Assembly: GCA_046313635.1 (NCBI GenBank)
Contig: JBKBYA010000004.1
Span: 64,001-128,000 of the forward strand
Direction of reading: 5' to 3'
Length of the DNA stretch: 64,000 nt
DNA from: Pyrinomonadaceae bacterium
GTDB taxonomy: Bacteria > Acidobacteriota > Blastocatellia > Pyrinomonadales > Pyrinomonadaceae
In this document: one piece after another, positions 45,004-54,229 of the stretch
How positions within the stretch are numbered: position 1 is the stretch's first letter
Layout: every line of letters starts with the position of its first letter
Notes under the pieces: model-generated
What the model saw: only the letters and a program-made list of their open reading frames with translations
The model's database searches: none
What the model was told of the DNA's origin: nothing
Made by a program: the position numbers and the translations under genes

Positions 45004-46266
45004 CTATTTGCCGCCCTTGTTTGCGTTCGGGTCCGAGGCGATATAGAAGAGCCTGTGCTGCACAATAAATTGCTTCTCGTCATAAACGCCGTCGCCGTCG
45101 ACATCGACCTTGACGTCGATCTTATGGCGCTTGCCGGGCGTGCGCTGGCCCTGCAGGTCGTAGGCGAGGCTGTACTGATTGCGAAGCAGGCCGTTGATGC
45201 TGTTGAGATATGCGTTAATCTCGCTCGGGAAGGTCATCTCAAACAGCGCTCCGCCCGATTCTCTGGCAAAGGTCTGAAGCTGATTCCTCGCCTGCAGGAA
45301 GCTCAGGCGTCCCGGCGCACCCGAGATCGAATCGGTCGCGTCGAGCAGATGCTCGTACTTTTTGTAAAAGAGATTGCCCGTGCTGATGATGTAGATCGGA
45401 ACGCCCGCCTCTTGGATCACCTTGCGGACGTCGTTGAGGTTGCTGCGGCCAAACGTATTCAGGCCCGACGCGACCAGCAGGATCGCGCGGCGTTTTGCCT
45501 TGACGTCGACCATCCCGCCGTACATCGCCGTGCGTTCCTTTGAGTTCTCGAGCACGACCGCGTCGGCCTTGCCGCCGACCAGCGAAAATATCAACGCGTC
45601 GAAAAGATTGCTGTCGGTGAATGCGGGACGATTCTTCAAAAGCAGATCGACCGTGGCGCGGAGCCGGTTGGGGTCATTGGTAAAATCGGTGATCGGCGTC
45701 GGCCGCAGATCGAATGCGATTACCGACGCGTAATCGTCCGGCGGTTTGATGAATCCAGAAAGGAACTGCGCGACCGGACGCAGCACTTCGTACGTGCCCG
45801 GCTCCCAGTAGCCTCCGCCCGCTGCGCCGAGCCGCTCCGACCACTTGCTGTACTCGACGACGAGCGTGACCGTGATCGGCGCTTCCGGTGTCGAAAAGCT
45901 CGATATCTCTTGCTTGACGCCGTCCTCAAAGATCGCGAAGTTCTCCTTCTTGAGTCCCGTCACGATCTGGCCCGTCTTTTTGTTATAGACGACCGAGTTG
46001 ACGCTGACGATCTTTGACTCGACGCGCTCGACGCCCTCTTCGGGGATGGCATTCTTTTCTTCTTCAAGCCGGCGGCGCTCCTCCTCTTCTTTTTTCAGCT
46101 CCTCCTCGGTCTTGGGCACCGGCCGCTGGTTACGTTTGCCTTCACCCTTCGACGGGTCGGGCTTTTGCGGCCGCGACTGAGCGGCAACGCGTCCTGACGG
46201 CGCCAAAAGGGTGACGATCAATGCCGCCGTCGCGACGGCAAAAAAGAATGATCGGAGGATTCGCAT
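45004..46266 (-). CDS. VWA domain protein (Acidobacterial VWFA-related type)
   Basis: Signal peptide; GLKKENFAIFEDGVKQEI, ARESGG, LRNQYSLAY. Confidence 0.85.
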   Translation of the reverse strand: MRILRSFFFAVATAALIVTLLAPSGRVAAQSRPQKPDPSKGEGKRNQRPVPKTEEELKKEEEERRRLEEEKNAIPEEGVERVESKIVSVNSVVYNKKTGQIVTGLKKENFAIFEDGVKQEISSFSTPEAPITVTLVVEYSKWSERLGAAGGGYWEPGTYEVLRPVAQFLSGFIKPPDDYASVIAFDLRPTPITDFTNDPNRLRATVDLLLKNRPAFTDSNLFDALIFSLVGGKADAVVLENSKERTAMYGGMVDVKAKRRAILLVASGLNTFGRSNLNDVRKVIQEAGVPIYIISTGNLFYKKYEHLLDATDSISGAPGRLSFLQARNQLQTFARESGGALFEMTFPSEINAYLNSINGLLRNQYSLAYDLQGQRTPGKRHKIDVKVDVDGDGVYDEKQFIVQHRLFYIASDPNANKGGK

Positions 46267-46330
46267 AGGTCAGTATCGTGCTGCAAGCTGAATGAACTTT
46301 AGATACAACGCGGGCGGATTTAGTTGGCGG

Positions 46331-47089
46331 CTAGAGCGGAAGGATCTCTATCTTGACGTCAAATGCTCCGCTGTTGTCGGTCAGATCGCCCTCGTTCACG
46401 CCGAAAAACAATGCTCCGTCCCGATCGGCCGTAAATTCGCGCATCGAGCCGATGTAGATAAAATCGTTATTGTCGTCGCCGATCACCGCGATCAGCGCGC
46501 CGGTCGCGACGTTCGGCATCAGTTTCTGCGGATCGTCGAGGTCAGCCAGCCCCGATGGCGTCGCAGTGCGTCCGGCGCCCAGCGAGACCGTGCCTCTTGC
46601 CGAGACCCGAACGCGCTGGCCGCGTTTTACGACCCAGCCCGAATTTGTCCAGCCGTTGGCGGTGTTGTCGGCGAGGACCTTGATATCGATCTCGATCGGT
46701 CTTGCCGCGGACGCGGCGGGAGCGGGCGGGCCCGACGCCGAACTCGCGGGAGCAGCGGGCCGCGTGGTGCTAGCGATATTTTCGGTCGTAACGACCTTAT
46801 AGGCCGGCGACTGTGCCGCGGCGGCCTGCCGCGGCGGGGCGGAGCCGTTTGACGGCGTCGCGGCGTCAAACTCGATCGACGCGACCTCAGCCGCGTCAAA
46901 CGACAACTCTCGCCGACGGCTGCCCTCGCCGATCGCCACGATGAATTTGCCGTCGCGAAAGCTGACGATCGTTCCCTTGATGATGCTGCCGTCCTTGAGC
47001 CTTATCGTGTCGGCTGCGGCCGCCGATGCGAGGACCAGCACGACGATCATGGCCCGAATGGCAGCGATCGCTGATTTGCTCTTGTACAT
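46331..47089 (-). CDS. secreted protein with LecA/PA-IL-like lectin domain
   Basis: ADTIRLKDG N-domain; WTNSG, GALIAVIG, FGVNE...DNSGAF. Confidence 0.65.
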   Translation of the reverse strand: MYKSKSAIAAIRAMIVVLVLASAAAADTIRLKDGSIIKGTIVSFRDGKFIVAIGEGSRRRELSFDAAEVASIEFDAATPSNGSAPPRQAAAAQSPAYKVVTTENIASTTRPAAPASSASGPPAPAASAARPIEIDIKVLADNTANGWTNSGWVVKRGQRVRVSARGTVSLGAGRTATPSGLADLDDPQKLMPNVATGALIAVIGDDNNDFIYIGSMREFTADRDGALFFGVNEGDLTDNSGAFDVKIEILPL

Positions 47090-47350
47090 AACCTTGTCTC
47101 CGGTCACCGAGGAGAGGATCGGACCGCCGGCCGGCCGTCGAAACGTTGATGCCCGCCCGGCGTAAACCGTTGTAGCGTTTGGCCCGCGTTCCGGCGAGAT
47201 TATAACTCAGCTTGGCGCCGGGCGTCGCCGCCGGCTCGTTTGACGACGCCGGCCGATGCGCGTCACGCAAGCGGCGCGGCGGGGGAACGTTCAACAAATG
47301 GCCCGCCCGCGGGACGGGACGAACGAGTTTTAATGGGAAGGACGGAACTT

Positions 47351-48139
47351 ATGAACAAAGTACTTATTCGATATCTGGTTTTTGCTCTGCTGGCTGCCGG
47401 CTCCGCCGCCGCAGCTTTTGGACAGTCGTCGATCTTGGACGGCCGCGTGTGGAAGCTCGAGGCGATCGGCGGCCGCGAGACCGGAGACGGCCGGGCGCGG
47501 CTCGAGTTTGACGTCGCGGCCCGCCGCTTTACCGGCAGCGGCGGCTGCAACAGCATTTCGGGAAGTGTCTCGATAACACGTCGCGCGATCAGATTCGGCT
47601 CGCCGGTGATGACGAGGATGTACTGCGGCTCGCCGGCCGGTGTTATGCGTACCGAACGCTCGTTTGTCGACGCGTTGCGACGTGCGACCCGATTCAGCGT
47701 GGCCGGCGATAGGCTGTATCTTTTTGCGGGCCGGCGTGAGCTGTTGAGAATGGTCGCCGACGAGCCGGCTGACCGCGTCAAGGACCAGGTCGGGCTCGAG
47801 GACCAAAAGTGGATACTCGAGACGATCCACGGGCGGCCGCTGCCGCGGCTCTCGCAGACCCCATTCATCGTCTTTGACCCGGCGAAGGGGAGTGCCGGCG
47901 GCAACACGAGCTGCAACATCTTTACGGGCGAGTATTCGGCAGCGGGCGACCGCTTTAATTTCAAGGCCGGCATAATGACGATGCGCGCCTGCATCGAGGA
48001 GCCGGGCAATGTGCAGCAGAGGTTTCTCGATGCGCTGGGCGCGGCCGACCGATACGAGATCGAAGGCAGCCGGCTGAGGCTCTTTGAGGGCCGGCGAGAG
48101 GTCCTCGGTCTAAAGGGCGTGCCGAGAGACAAGCAGTAG
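47351..48139 (+). CDS. tandem META (HslJ) domain protein
   Basis: Two G.GCN/TSCN...T.M.C repeats; signal peptide. Confidence 0.85.
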   Translation: MNKVLIRYLVFALLAAGSAAAAFGQSSILDGRVWKLEAIGGRETGDGRARLEFDVAARRFTGSGGCNSISGSVSITRRAIRFGSPVMTRMYCGSPAGVMRTERSFVDALRRATRFSVAGDRLYLFAGRRELLRMVADEPADRVKDQVGLEDQKWILETIHGRPLPRLSQTPFIVFDPAKGSAGGNTSCNIFTGEYSAAGDRFNFKAGIMTMRACIEEPGNVQQRFLDALGAADRYEIEGSRLRLFEGRREVLGLKGVPRDKQ

Positions 48140-48156
48140 CGGCGAGGCAGAATGCG

Positions 48157-48192
48157 AACGAGGGCTTCCTTATCGGAAGCCCTCGTTTTTTT
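48157..48192 (+). terminator. intrinsic terminator
   Basis: AACGAGGGCTTCC-TTATC-GGAAGCCCTCGTT followed by TTTTT. Confidence 0.85.
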
Positions 48193-48281
48193 GCGGCCCG
48201 GCAGTCTCCACCTTACCCCGCGCCACACCGCGAAAATTCCCGCGGAATTACTGCATTTTTACACGACATTCACTCCGGCTG

Positions 48282-48297
48282 AGTGACGGCTGTCACA
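48282..48297. promoter_or_regulatory. CRP/FNR-type box 1
   Basis: AGTGA-CGGCTG-TCACA upstream of the pseudo-LDH/Crp operon. Confidence 0.65.
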
Positions 48298-48396
48298 TTC
48301 CGACCTTTATTCTACGCACCGCGCAAAAAAAGCCGGTTGGGAATACGGCTTGCCCCTTGTCGCTCGTGTTGATCGCGCGGCGTGCGATAACCCTGT

Positions 48397-49368
48397 ATGA
48401 AAGAGTCGATCGATCAGAGGACAGCAGTCAATCGAGTTGCGATCGTCGGGTGCGAGAATGTCGAGCCCGCGAGCGCATATTCGCTGCTGCTCAATCGGTC
48501 GATCGACGAGCTTCTGCTCCTGGGCCGAGGCGGCCGTGCTCTGCGGCGTGCCGTGCAGGCGATCTGCGATCAGTACGCCCCGCCCCGCCCGGCGCGGCTG
48601 CGGCTCGGCTCGTTTCGTGACCTCGCCGCGGCGCGCATCTTGATCGTGGCCTCAGGTGTCGCTCGCGAAACGGGCGAGGCGGCTGACGACACGCTTCGGC
48701 GCGAATACCGTTCGGTAAGCCGGCTGATGCAGCGGGTCAGATCGAGCGGCTTCTCGGGCATCGTCCTTATGACGACGGAGCCTGTCGATCTGATGACGCA
48801 GACGGCCCAGCGCCTGCTGGGCAGCTCGCCCGAGAGAGTCATCGGCATCGGTTCGACGCTTGCACGGCCGCGGCCGGCCGATCAGCCCGAGCGGCGCCGC
48901 GATCTGCCCGTGGCCGTTTGGTGCTCGGCCCGTGTCGCCGACAACCAGCAAATGGACGCGTGCGAGCCTGACTGCCCGTACTTTGAGGACGTCCTTGCAC
49001 AAGCCCGCAACGGGCAGGAGCGGCGGCGGCGCCGAGCCGGGTCGCTCGATATCGCGGCGTGCGTCATGCGCGCGTGCGAGGCGATCCTCGACGACGAAAA
49101 GGCCGTCTTCCCGGTCTCGGCGCTGGCCCGCGGCGAGTACGGCATAAGCGGCGTGTACCTCAATCTGCCGTGCGTGATCGGCAAAGGCGGCGCCGAACGG
49201 GTGCTCGAGCTGCCCGCGACAGACGAGATGCTCCGGCAGATGCTCGACAAGGCACGCTACGTCGGACGCATGAATATCGAACTGCAAAAACATCCGCGCG
49301 GGCGGCCGCGTCACTCTTTCAAAATCGGTCCGGACGCCGGTCGCGCGGCCTCGCGGACGATAACCTAA
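48397..49368 (+). CDS. degenerate lactate/malate dehydrogenase-fold protein
   Basis: LDH-like RVAIVG, EPVDLMT, RVIGIG, EAILDDEKAVFPVS, LPCVIGKGG; catalytic motifs absent. Confidence 0.75.
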   Translation: MKESIDQRTAVNRVAIVGCENVEPASAYSLLLNRSIDELLLLGRGGRALRRAVQAICDQYAPPRPARLRLGSFRDLAAARILIVASGVARETGEAADDTLRREYRSVSRLMQRVRSSGFSGIVLMTTEPVDLMTQTAQRLLGSSPERVIGIGSTLARPRPADQPERRRDLPVAVWCSARVADNQQMDACEPDCPYFEDVLAQARNGQERRRRRAGSLDIAACVMRACEAILDDEKAVFPVSALARGEYGISGVYLNLPCVIGKGGAERVLELPATDEMLRQMLDKARYVGRMNIELQKHPRGRPRHSFKIGPDAGRAASRTIT

Positions 49369-49371
49369 AAC

Positions 49372-50145
49372 ATGAAAAGTTCGGGCAATCTGACGATACG
49401 GCACAAGTGCAGCGGCTGCGAGCTCCGTCGCCGCGGATTTTTTTGCGACCTGCCGTCGGGCACGCTGCAGGCGCTCGAGGCGCTCAAGATAACGATGAGC
49501 TACCCGAAAGGGACAGCTCTGTTTCTCGAGGGCGAGCCGGCGAGCGGCGTCTACATCATTTGTCAGGGCAGGATCAAGTTGTCCACGCACTCGAGCGACG
49601 GCAAGGCTCTGATACTGCGTGTCGCCGAACCGGGCGAGGTGCTCGCGCTGAGCGCCGTCGTCGCGGGCACAGAGCTCAAGGCGACCGCCGAGGTCCTCGA
49701 GAGCTGCCAGGTCAATTTCATCCGCAAGCAGGATCTCCTTCGCTTTATCCGCAACCACGCGGACGCCGGGCTCGCCGCACTCCGCCAGCTCAGCGACAAC
49801 TATCACCAGGCATACACGCAGGTCTGCTCGCTCGGCCTGTCGTCGTCGGTCGCAGACAAGCTGGCCAAACTGCTGCTCGGCTGGTGCCGGAGGGCTTCGC
49901 CGCTGCCGCCGCTCGCGGGCATGGCTGGCGTAAACGGCTCATCGATACGTATGAAGCTGACCTTTTCGCACGAGGAGATCGCCGAGATGATCGGCACCTC
50001 GCGCGAGACCGTCACACGCCTGCTCAAAGAGTTTCGCGAGCGCGGCCTGATCTCTCTCAAGGGGTCGGATCTCGTGATCCACAGCGAGCGCGGCCTCGAG
50101 TCGAGCATCGGCTCGCCGCGCGGCCGCGGACGCGCCGCACTGTGA
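49372..50145 (+). CDS. Crp/Fnr family regulator with FNR-like N-terminal cysteines
   Basis: CSGC-x8-C, cNMP domain, HTH SHEEIAEMIGTSRETVTR. Confidence 0.92.
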   Translation: MKSSGNLTIRHKCSGCELRRRGFFCDLPSGTLQALEALKITMSYPKGTALFLEGEPASGVYIICQGRIKLSTHSSDGKALILRVAEPGEVLALSAVVAGTELKATAEVLESCQVNFIRKQDLLRFIRNHADAGLAALRQLSDNYHQAYTQVCSLGLSSSVADKLAKLLLGWCRRASPLPPLAGMAGVNGSSIRMKLTFSHEEIAEMIGTSRETVTRLLKEFRERGLISLKGSDLVIHSERGLESSIGSPRGRGRAAL

Positions 50146-50156
50146 CGCCGGTCACT
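50141..50156. promoter_or_regulatory. CRP/FNR-type box 2
   Basis: TGTGA-CGCCGG-TCACT overlapping the regulator stop codon. Confidence 0.6.
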
Positions 50157-50205
50157 ATGTGTCGGTGACCGAGCTCCTATTTGAACTTTTGCGGCCGGTA
50201 TAAAT

Positions 50206-50709
50206 ATGACCCGGGAGTGTCTCGCCGAACGCGAAATGTCCTCGGGGTCAAACAAAATGCCGCCGCTCAGACCGGTCTTCGCCGGCGCGATACGCCTGCC
50301 GCGGCAGGCCGAATGCGGGGCCGAGACTCCGGAGGGGAATTGGCAGGTCGCGACCGCCGCCGCCGGCGCGTATCTCTGCCGGGTGGGCGAGCCGGCCGGC
50401 TCGATCATCCGCATCCGTAAGGGCACGGCCGAGCTGCTCGCACCGGTCGGGGCCGACGGCGTCGAGGCTGTGCTCAGAACTCTCGGGCCCGACGAGGTGG
50501 TCGGGCTGACGGAGGCCATCGCGAAGACCGGCTTCAGCGTCAGCCTGCGGGCGGCGACAGATTGCGAGTTCGAATATCTGGACGCCGACGAGTTTCGGCA
50601 GATGCTCGCCTCTGACGGCCGGCTGCGGCGGCTCATCCTGCGGCGGCTCGCACGAGGGCTGCAGCATCACCTCGACTCATTTGACAGCAAAGATCGAATC
50701 GACCTTTGA
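50206..50709 (+). CDS. stand-alone degenerate cNMP-binding domain protein (no HTH)
   Basis: GAYLCRVGEPAGSIIRIRKG, LGPDEVVGL, LRAATDCEF. Confidence 0.65.
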   Translation: MTRECLAEREMSSGSNKMPPLRPVFAGAIRLPRQAECGAETPEGNWQVATAAAGAYLCRVGEPAGSIIRIRKGTAELLAPVGADGVEAVLRTLGPDEVVGLTEAIAKTGFSVSLRAATDCEFEYLDADEFRQMLASDGRLRRLILRRLARGLQHHLDSFDSKDRIDL

Positions 50710-50723
50710 ATGCCGCCGTCACC

Positions 50724-50766
50724 TGTGACGGCGCGCACAGTACGAGGATTTTTTAGTAGTTAGGCT
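50724..50766 (+). promoter_or_regulatory. class II CRP/FNR-activated promoter of the decaheme/porin operon
   Basis: TGTGA-CGGCGC-GCACA (50724-50739) centred 29.5 nt before TAGGCT (50761), i.e. at -41.5. Confidence 0.6.
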
Positions 50767-50839
50767 GTACGCGGGGCCCGAGCCTGCCCGACGGTCGTCA
50801 ACGCCCGGTTCGGCTCGCCCCTTAAAAAGGAGAGTACTC

Positions 50840-51874
50840 ATGACTTCATCAAAATATGTAAAGGTCTCGGTGCTTTGCTCCTTTTCACTGTTGTTGTTCG
50901 CGTGGATGGTCTGGGGTTCGATGTCAACGGTCGCCGGCATTTCGACGGCCGACGAATTGACCGGACCTGAGCTGGCGGCCGCGACCGGATCGCCCGACGA
51001 CTATGTCGGCAGCGAGACGTGCAAGGCCTGTCACGAAGACCAGTTCAATGCCTTTTCCAAGACAAAGCATGCTCAACTTGCAGAATTGAAAAGTTGGAAA
51101 GACAAGGCCAAGGGCTGCGAGTCATGTCACGGCCCGGGCTCAAAACACGTCGAAGATCCAACGGTAAAGGGCAGCATCATTTCATTCGCCAAAAAAGATA
51201 CGAAAGCCGCATCGGAGACGTGCCTCGCCTGCCATTCGGGCAAGGAGCAGCACAACAATTTCCGCCGCGGCGAGCATTGGCGCAACAACGTCGGCTGCAC
51301 CGATTGCCACTCGTCGCACGGCTCGGGCCATAACGATCTGACGGCCGAGTCGATCACATTCGTCGGCGGCATCGCCGGCGATCGGCCAAACGAGGGCACG
51401 ACCGCTATGCTCAAGCAGAGCGAGCCGCAGTTGTGCCTCAGCTGCCATAACGAGACAAGGTCTCAATTCACCAAGCCGTTTCATCACAAGGTGCTCGAGG
51501 GCACGATGAAGTGCAGCGACTGCCATAACGCGCACGGCGGCTTTGAACAAAAGCAGACGCGTCTCGCGGTCGGCAACGACGCGGGCTGCGTCAAATGCCA
51601 CGCCAACAAGGCCGGCCCGTTCGTCTTTGAGCATGCACCGCTCAAGGTCGAGGGCTGCTCGGCGTGCCACACGCCGCACGGCTCGGCCAACGCCAAGCTG
51701 CTCAAGCGTGCACAGGTCCGCCAGCTTTGCTTCGAGTGTCATACGGGCATCTCGGAGGAGCTCGGTCCGCAGGCGCCCAGCCTGCACAATCAGGCGCAGG
51801 TGCGATACCAGCAATGCACGGTCTGCCACTCGGCGATCCACGGATCGAATTACAGCAGTTACTTTGCCCGGTAG
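50840..51874 (+). CDS. MtrA/DmsE family decaheme c-type cytochrome
   Basis: Ten CxxCH motifs; YVGSETC, CESCHGPGS, GPFVFEH, IHGSN; AAGGAG RBS. Confidence 0.93.
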   Translation: MTSSKYVKVSVLCSFSLLLFAWMVWGSMSTVAGISTADELTGPELAAATGSPDDYVGSETCKACHEDQFNAFSKTKHAQLAELKSWKDKAKGCESCHGPGSKHVEDPTVKGSIISFAKKDTKAASETCLACHSGKEQHNNFRRGEHWRNNVGCTDCHSSHGSGHNDLTAESITFVGGIAGDRPNEGTTAMLKQSEPQLCLSCHNETRSQFTKPFHHKVLEGTMKCSDCHNAHGGFEQKQTRLAVGNDAGCVKCHANKAGPFVFEHAPLKVEGCSACHTPHGSANAKLLKRAQVRQLCFECHTGISEELGPQAPSLHNQAQVRYQQCTVCHSAIHGSNYSSYFAR

Positions 51875-51889
51875 GCGAGAGGAGGAAAT

Positions 51890-54064
51890 ATGGACACCAA
51901 ACGATTACTAAAAGCGATATTGTCCGCCGGCCTCTTTGCGATCGCCTGTCCGGCGCTTTCGATCATGATCGTGCGGGCCCAGTCATCGACGACGCAGTCG
52001 AACGAGACTGGCAGCGGCAATTACACCGTGAGGTCCAGCGTCGAGGTCGGATATCGCGGCATAGAGATAAACGGCGACGCGCTGAAATTCAAGAGCGATC
52101 TCAACTACAAGGCCGGCGTGCGGATCTTTGACTCGAGCTTTTTGATCGACGATAAGACCCGTTCGCCCTACAAGCTCTTTGACACCGCCTTTATGTCGGC
52201 GAGCGGCTGGGGGGCCGATCCGACCGGGTCGTTCAGGCTCAAGATGGACAAGAGCGGGATCTACAAGTTCGACTCGAACGTGAGACGCGTCCGGTACTTC
52301 AATAACCTGAACAATTTTGCCCTGCGATGGTCGGACACTCTCGGGCGCTCGGAGCATCAGGCGAACACGCTTCATCACTTTGGCGACTTTGATCTCACGA
52401 TCCGTCCCGAGAGCGAGACGCTTAGAGTGAAGCTCGGATATTCGTTCAACAACACCAGCGGTCCCGGAACGTGGACGCTGCGCTTTCCCTCAAGCCGCGG
52501 CGACGAGTTTCAAGTGAGCTCCGACACCAAGAACCGTTCGCACGACCTGCGCGCCGGCGTCGAGGGCAAACTGCTCGGCTTTAACCTCGGCGTGATGTAC
52601 GGACGCCGGAGCTTTACAGACAAGTCGAGGCTGTTTCTCGATACGTTCAGTCCCGGCAACAACCAGACCGACAATATCCGGCTGAACAGCATGACCCGCC
52701 GCTGGCCGACACGCGGCAACGCCGATTGGGGAAATTTCTTTATCCAGCGGACGTTTGCCAAAGTGTTTGACCTCACGGGACGCTTTGTCTACTCGGAGTC
52801 GAGATCAAAATTCGACATCGAGGACATGCTCAACGGCCGCAATTCGGCCAACGACTTTGTCGATCTGGACCTTATCCAGGCCTCGGGCGTCAACAAACGG
52901 CCGCAGGCGCGCGGCGATATCGGATCGACGTACCGTGTGACGGACGACTTCCGCATCTCGAATACGTTCACGTTCGATCAATTCAGCATCGGCGGGGCAA
53001 ACAACTTCATCGAGGCGATCACCAGCCGCACCTCGGCGGGCGTCAACAACTCGTCGGTCGCGCGGACGTACAGCTGGCGGACGACGTCATACCGGCGCTT
53101 CAGCAATCTGCTGGAGGGCGATTATCAGGTCAACCGCGCGTTTGCCTTCAATCTCGGATGGCGATACACGCAGCGCAAGGTCGGGATCGGCGGCATCGAC
53201 ACCAACCTGATCACGCTGGCGGTAACGCTGCATCCGCTCGAGGAACACGAGAACACGACCAACACGCTTATCGTCGGCACCAAGATCAAGCCGACAAAGA
53301 ACTGGTCGGTCTATGCCGACCTCGAGCGCGGTCAGTCGGACAGCGTATTTACGAGGCTGGCAAATAACGACTACTGGAGCTTTAGGGTGCGCAGCCGTGC
53401 CGCGACGAGGCAGTTTGCTCTCAACCTGTCGGCGACGGTTCGCAACAACGACAATCCCGGTACGACCGTCGCGCAGACAAACGTCCCGTCGTTCGAGTCG
53501 ATCGCGCGGACGCGAAGCCGATACTTCTCCGGCAGCTTTGACTGGACGCCGAGGAGCGAGTTCTCGCTGAGTACCGGCTACACCTACAACCACGTCGACA
53601 GCAACGTCGATATCATCGTGCCCGTCGGGCCGCCGGTCGGCTCGACCACGCCCTCGACGTCGTTCTATCGCGGACTGAGCCAATACTTCGTTCGCGACAG
53701 CTACTTCTTCTTTGACGTCACGGCGCGGCCGGTCAGGCGGGTCTCTTTCTACGCAAGCTACCGCATCAATGACGATCGCGGACAGGGCGATCGCGTTCCT
53801 ACGGCGGGTTACAACTTTATCTCGTCGTACCCGCTGCGATACCAGACGCCCGAGGCAAGACTTGCGATCAGACTGACGAAGAACGTCGATTGGAATGTCG
53901 GCTACCAGTACTACGATTACAAGGAAAAACCCGTGGTCTATACCTTCTTGCCGGCCGCGACGCCGTCGCAGTTCCTTTTGCCGTTCAACGCTCAGAACTA
54001 CAACGCTCACCTGCCGTACACCTCGATCCGCATCCACTGGGGAGCGAGAGAGGACGCCCGGTAA
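51890..54064 (+). CDS. MtrB/PioB-like outer-membrane beta-barrel
   Basis: Signal peptide, amphipathic beta-strands, 724 aa, 15 nt downstream of the decaheme gene; GGAGG RBS. Confidence 0.75.
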   Translation: MDTKRLLKAILSAGLFAIACPALSIMIVRAQSSTTQSNETGSGNYTVRSSVEVGYRGIEINGDALKFKSDLNYKAGVRIFDSSFLIDDKTRSPYKLFDTAFMSASGWGADPTGSFRLKMDKSGIYKFDSNVRRVRYFNNLNNFALRWSDTLGRSEHQANTLHHFGDFDLTIRPESETLRVKLGYSFNNTSGPGTWTLRFPSSRGDEFQVSSDTKNRSHDLRAGVEGKLLGFNLGVMYGRRSFTDKSRLFLDTFSPGNNQTDNIRLNSMTRRWPTRGNADWGNFFIQRTFAKVFDLTGRFVYSESRSKFDIEDMLNGRNSANDFVDLDLIQASGVNKRPQARGDIGSTYRVTDDFRISNTFTFDQFSIGGANNFIEAITSRTSAGVNNSSVARTYSWRTTSYRRFSNLLEGDYQVNRAFAFNLGWRYTQRKVGIGGIDTNLITLAVTLHPLEEHENTTNTLIVGTKIKPTKNWSVYADLERGQSDSVFTRLANNDYWSFRVRSRAATRQFALNLSATVRNNDNPGTTVAQTNVPSFESIARTRSRYFSGSFDWTPRSEFSLSTGYTYNHVDSNVDIIVPVGPPVGSTTPSTSFYRGLSQYFVRDSYFFFDVTARPVRRVSFYASYRINDDRGQGDRVPTAGYNFISSYPLRYQTPEARLAIRLTKNVDWNVGYQYYDYKEKPVVYTFLPAATPSQFLLPFNAQNYNAHLPYTSIRIHWGAREDAR

Positions 54065-54083
54065 ACCGGTCAACCAACCAGCT

Positions 54084-54112
54084 AAGAGGCCGCCTCAAAA
54101 GGGCGGCCTCTT
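54084..54112. terminator. hairpin between convergent genes (second hairpin at about 54159-54189)
   Basis: AAGAGGCCGCC-TCAAAAG-GGCGGCCTCTT. Confidence 0.7.
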
Positions 54113-54229
54113 CCATTTGGCCGTGCCGCCGCGGGCTCGTGCGCCTGACCAAATGAACAAGAGGCTGCCTATTCAGACAGCCTCTCTTTGTCGAGAGATC
54201 AGCGATCGCGCCCGTTCAGCCGTTCAGCT

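Noticed and set aside
48397..49368. Functional L-lactate dehydrogenase (ldh)
   Set aside because: The nucleotide-binding glycines and catalytic His/Asp/Arg motifs are missing.
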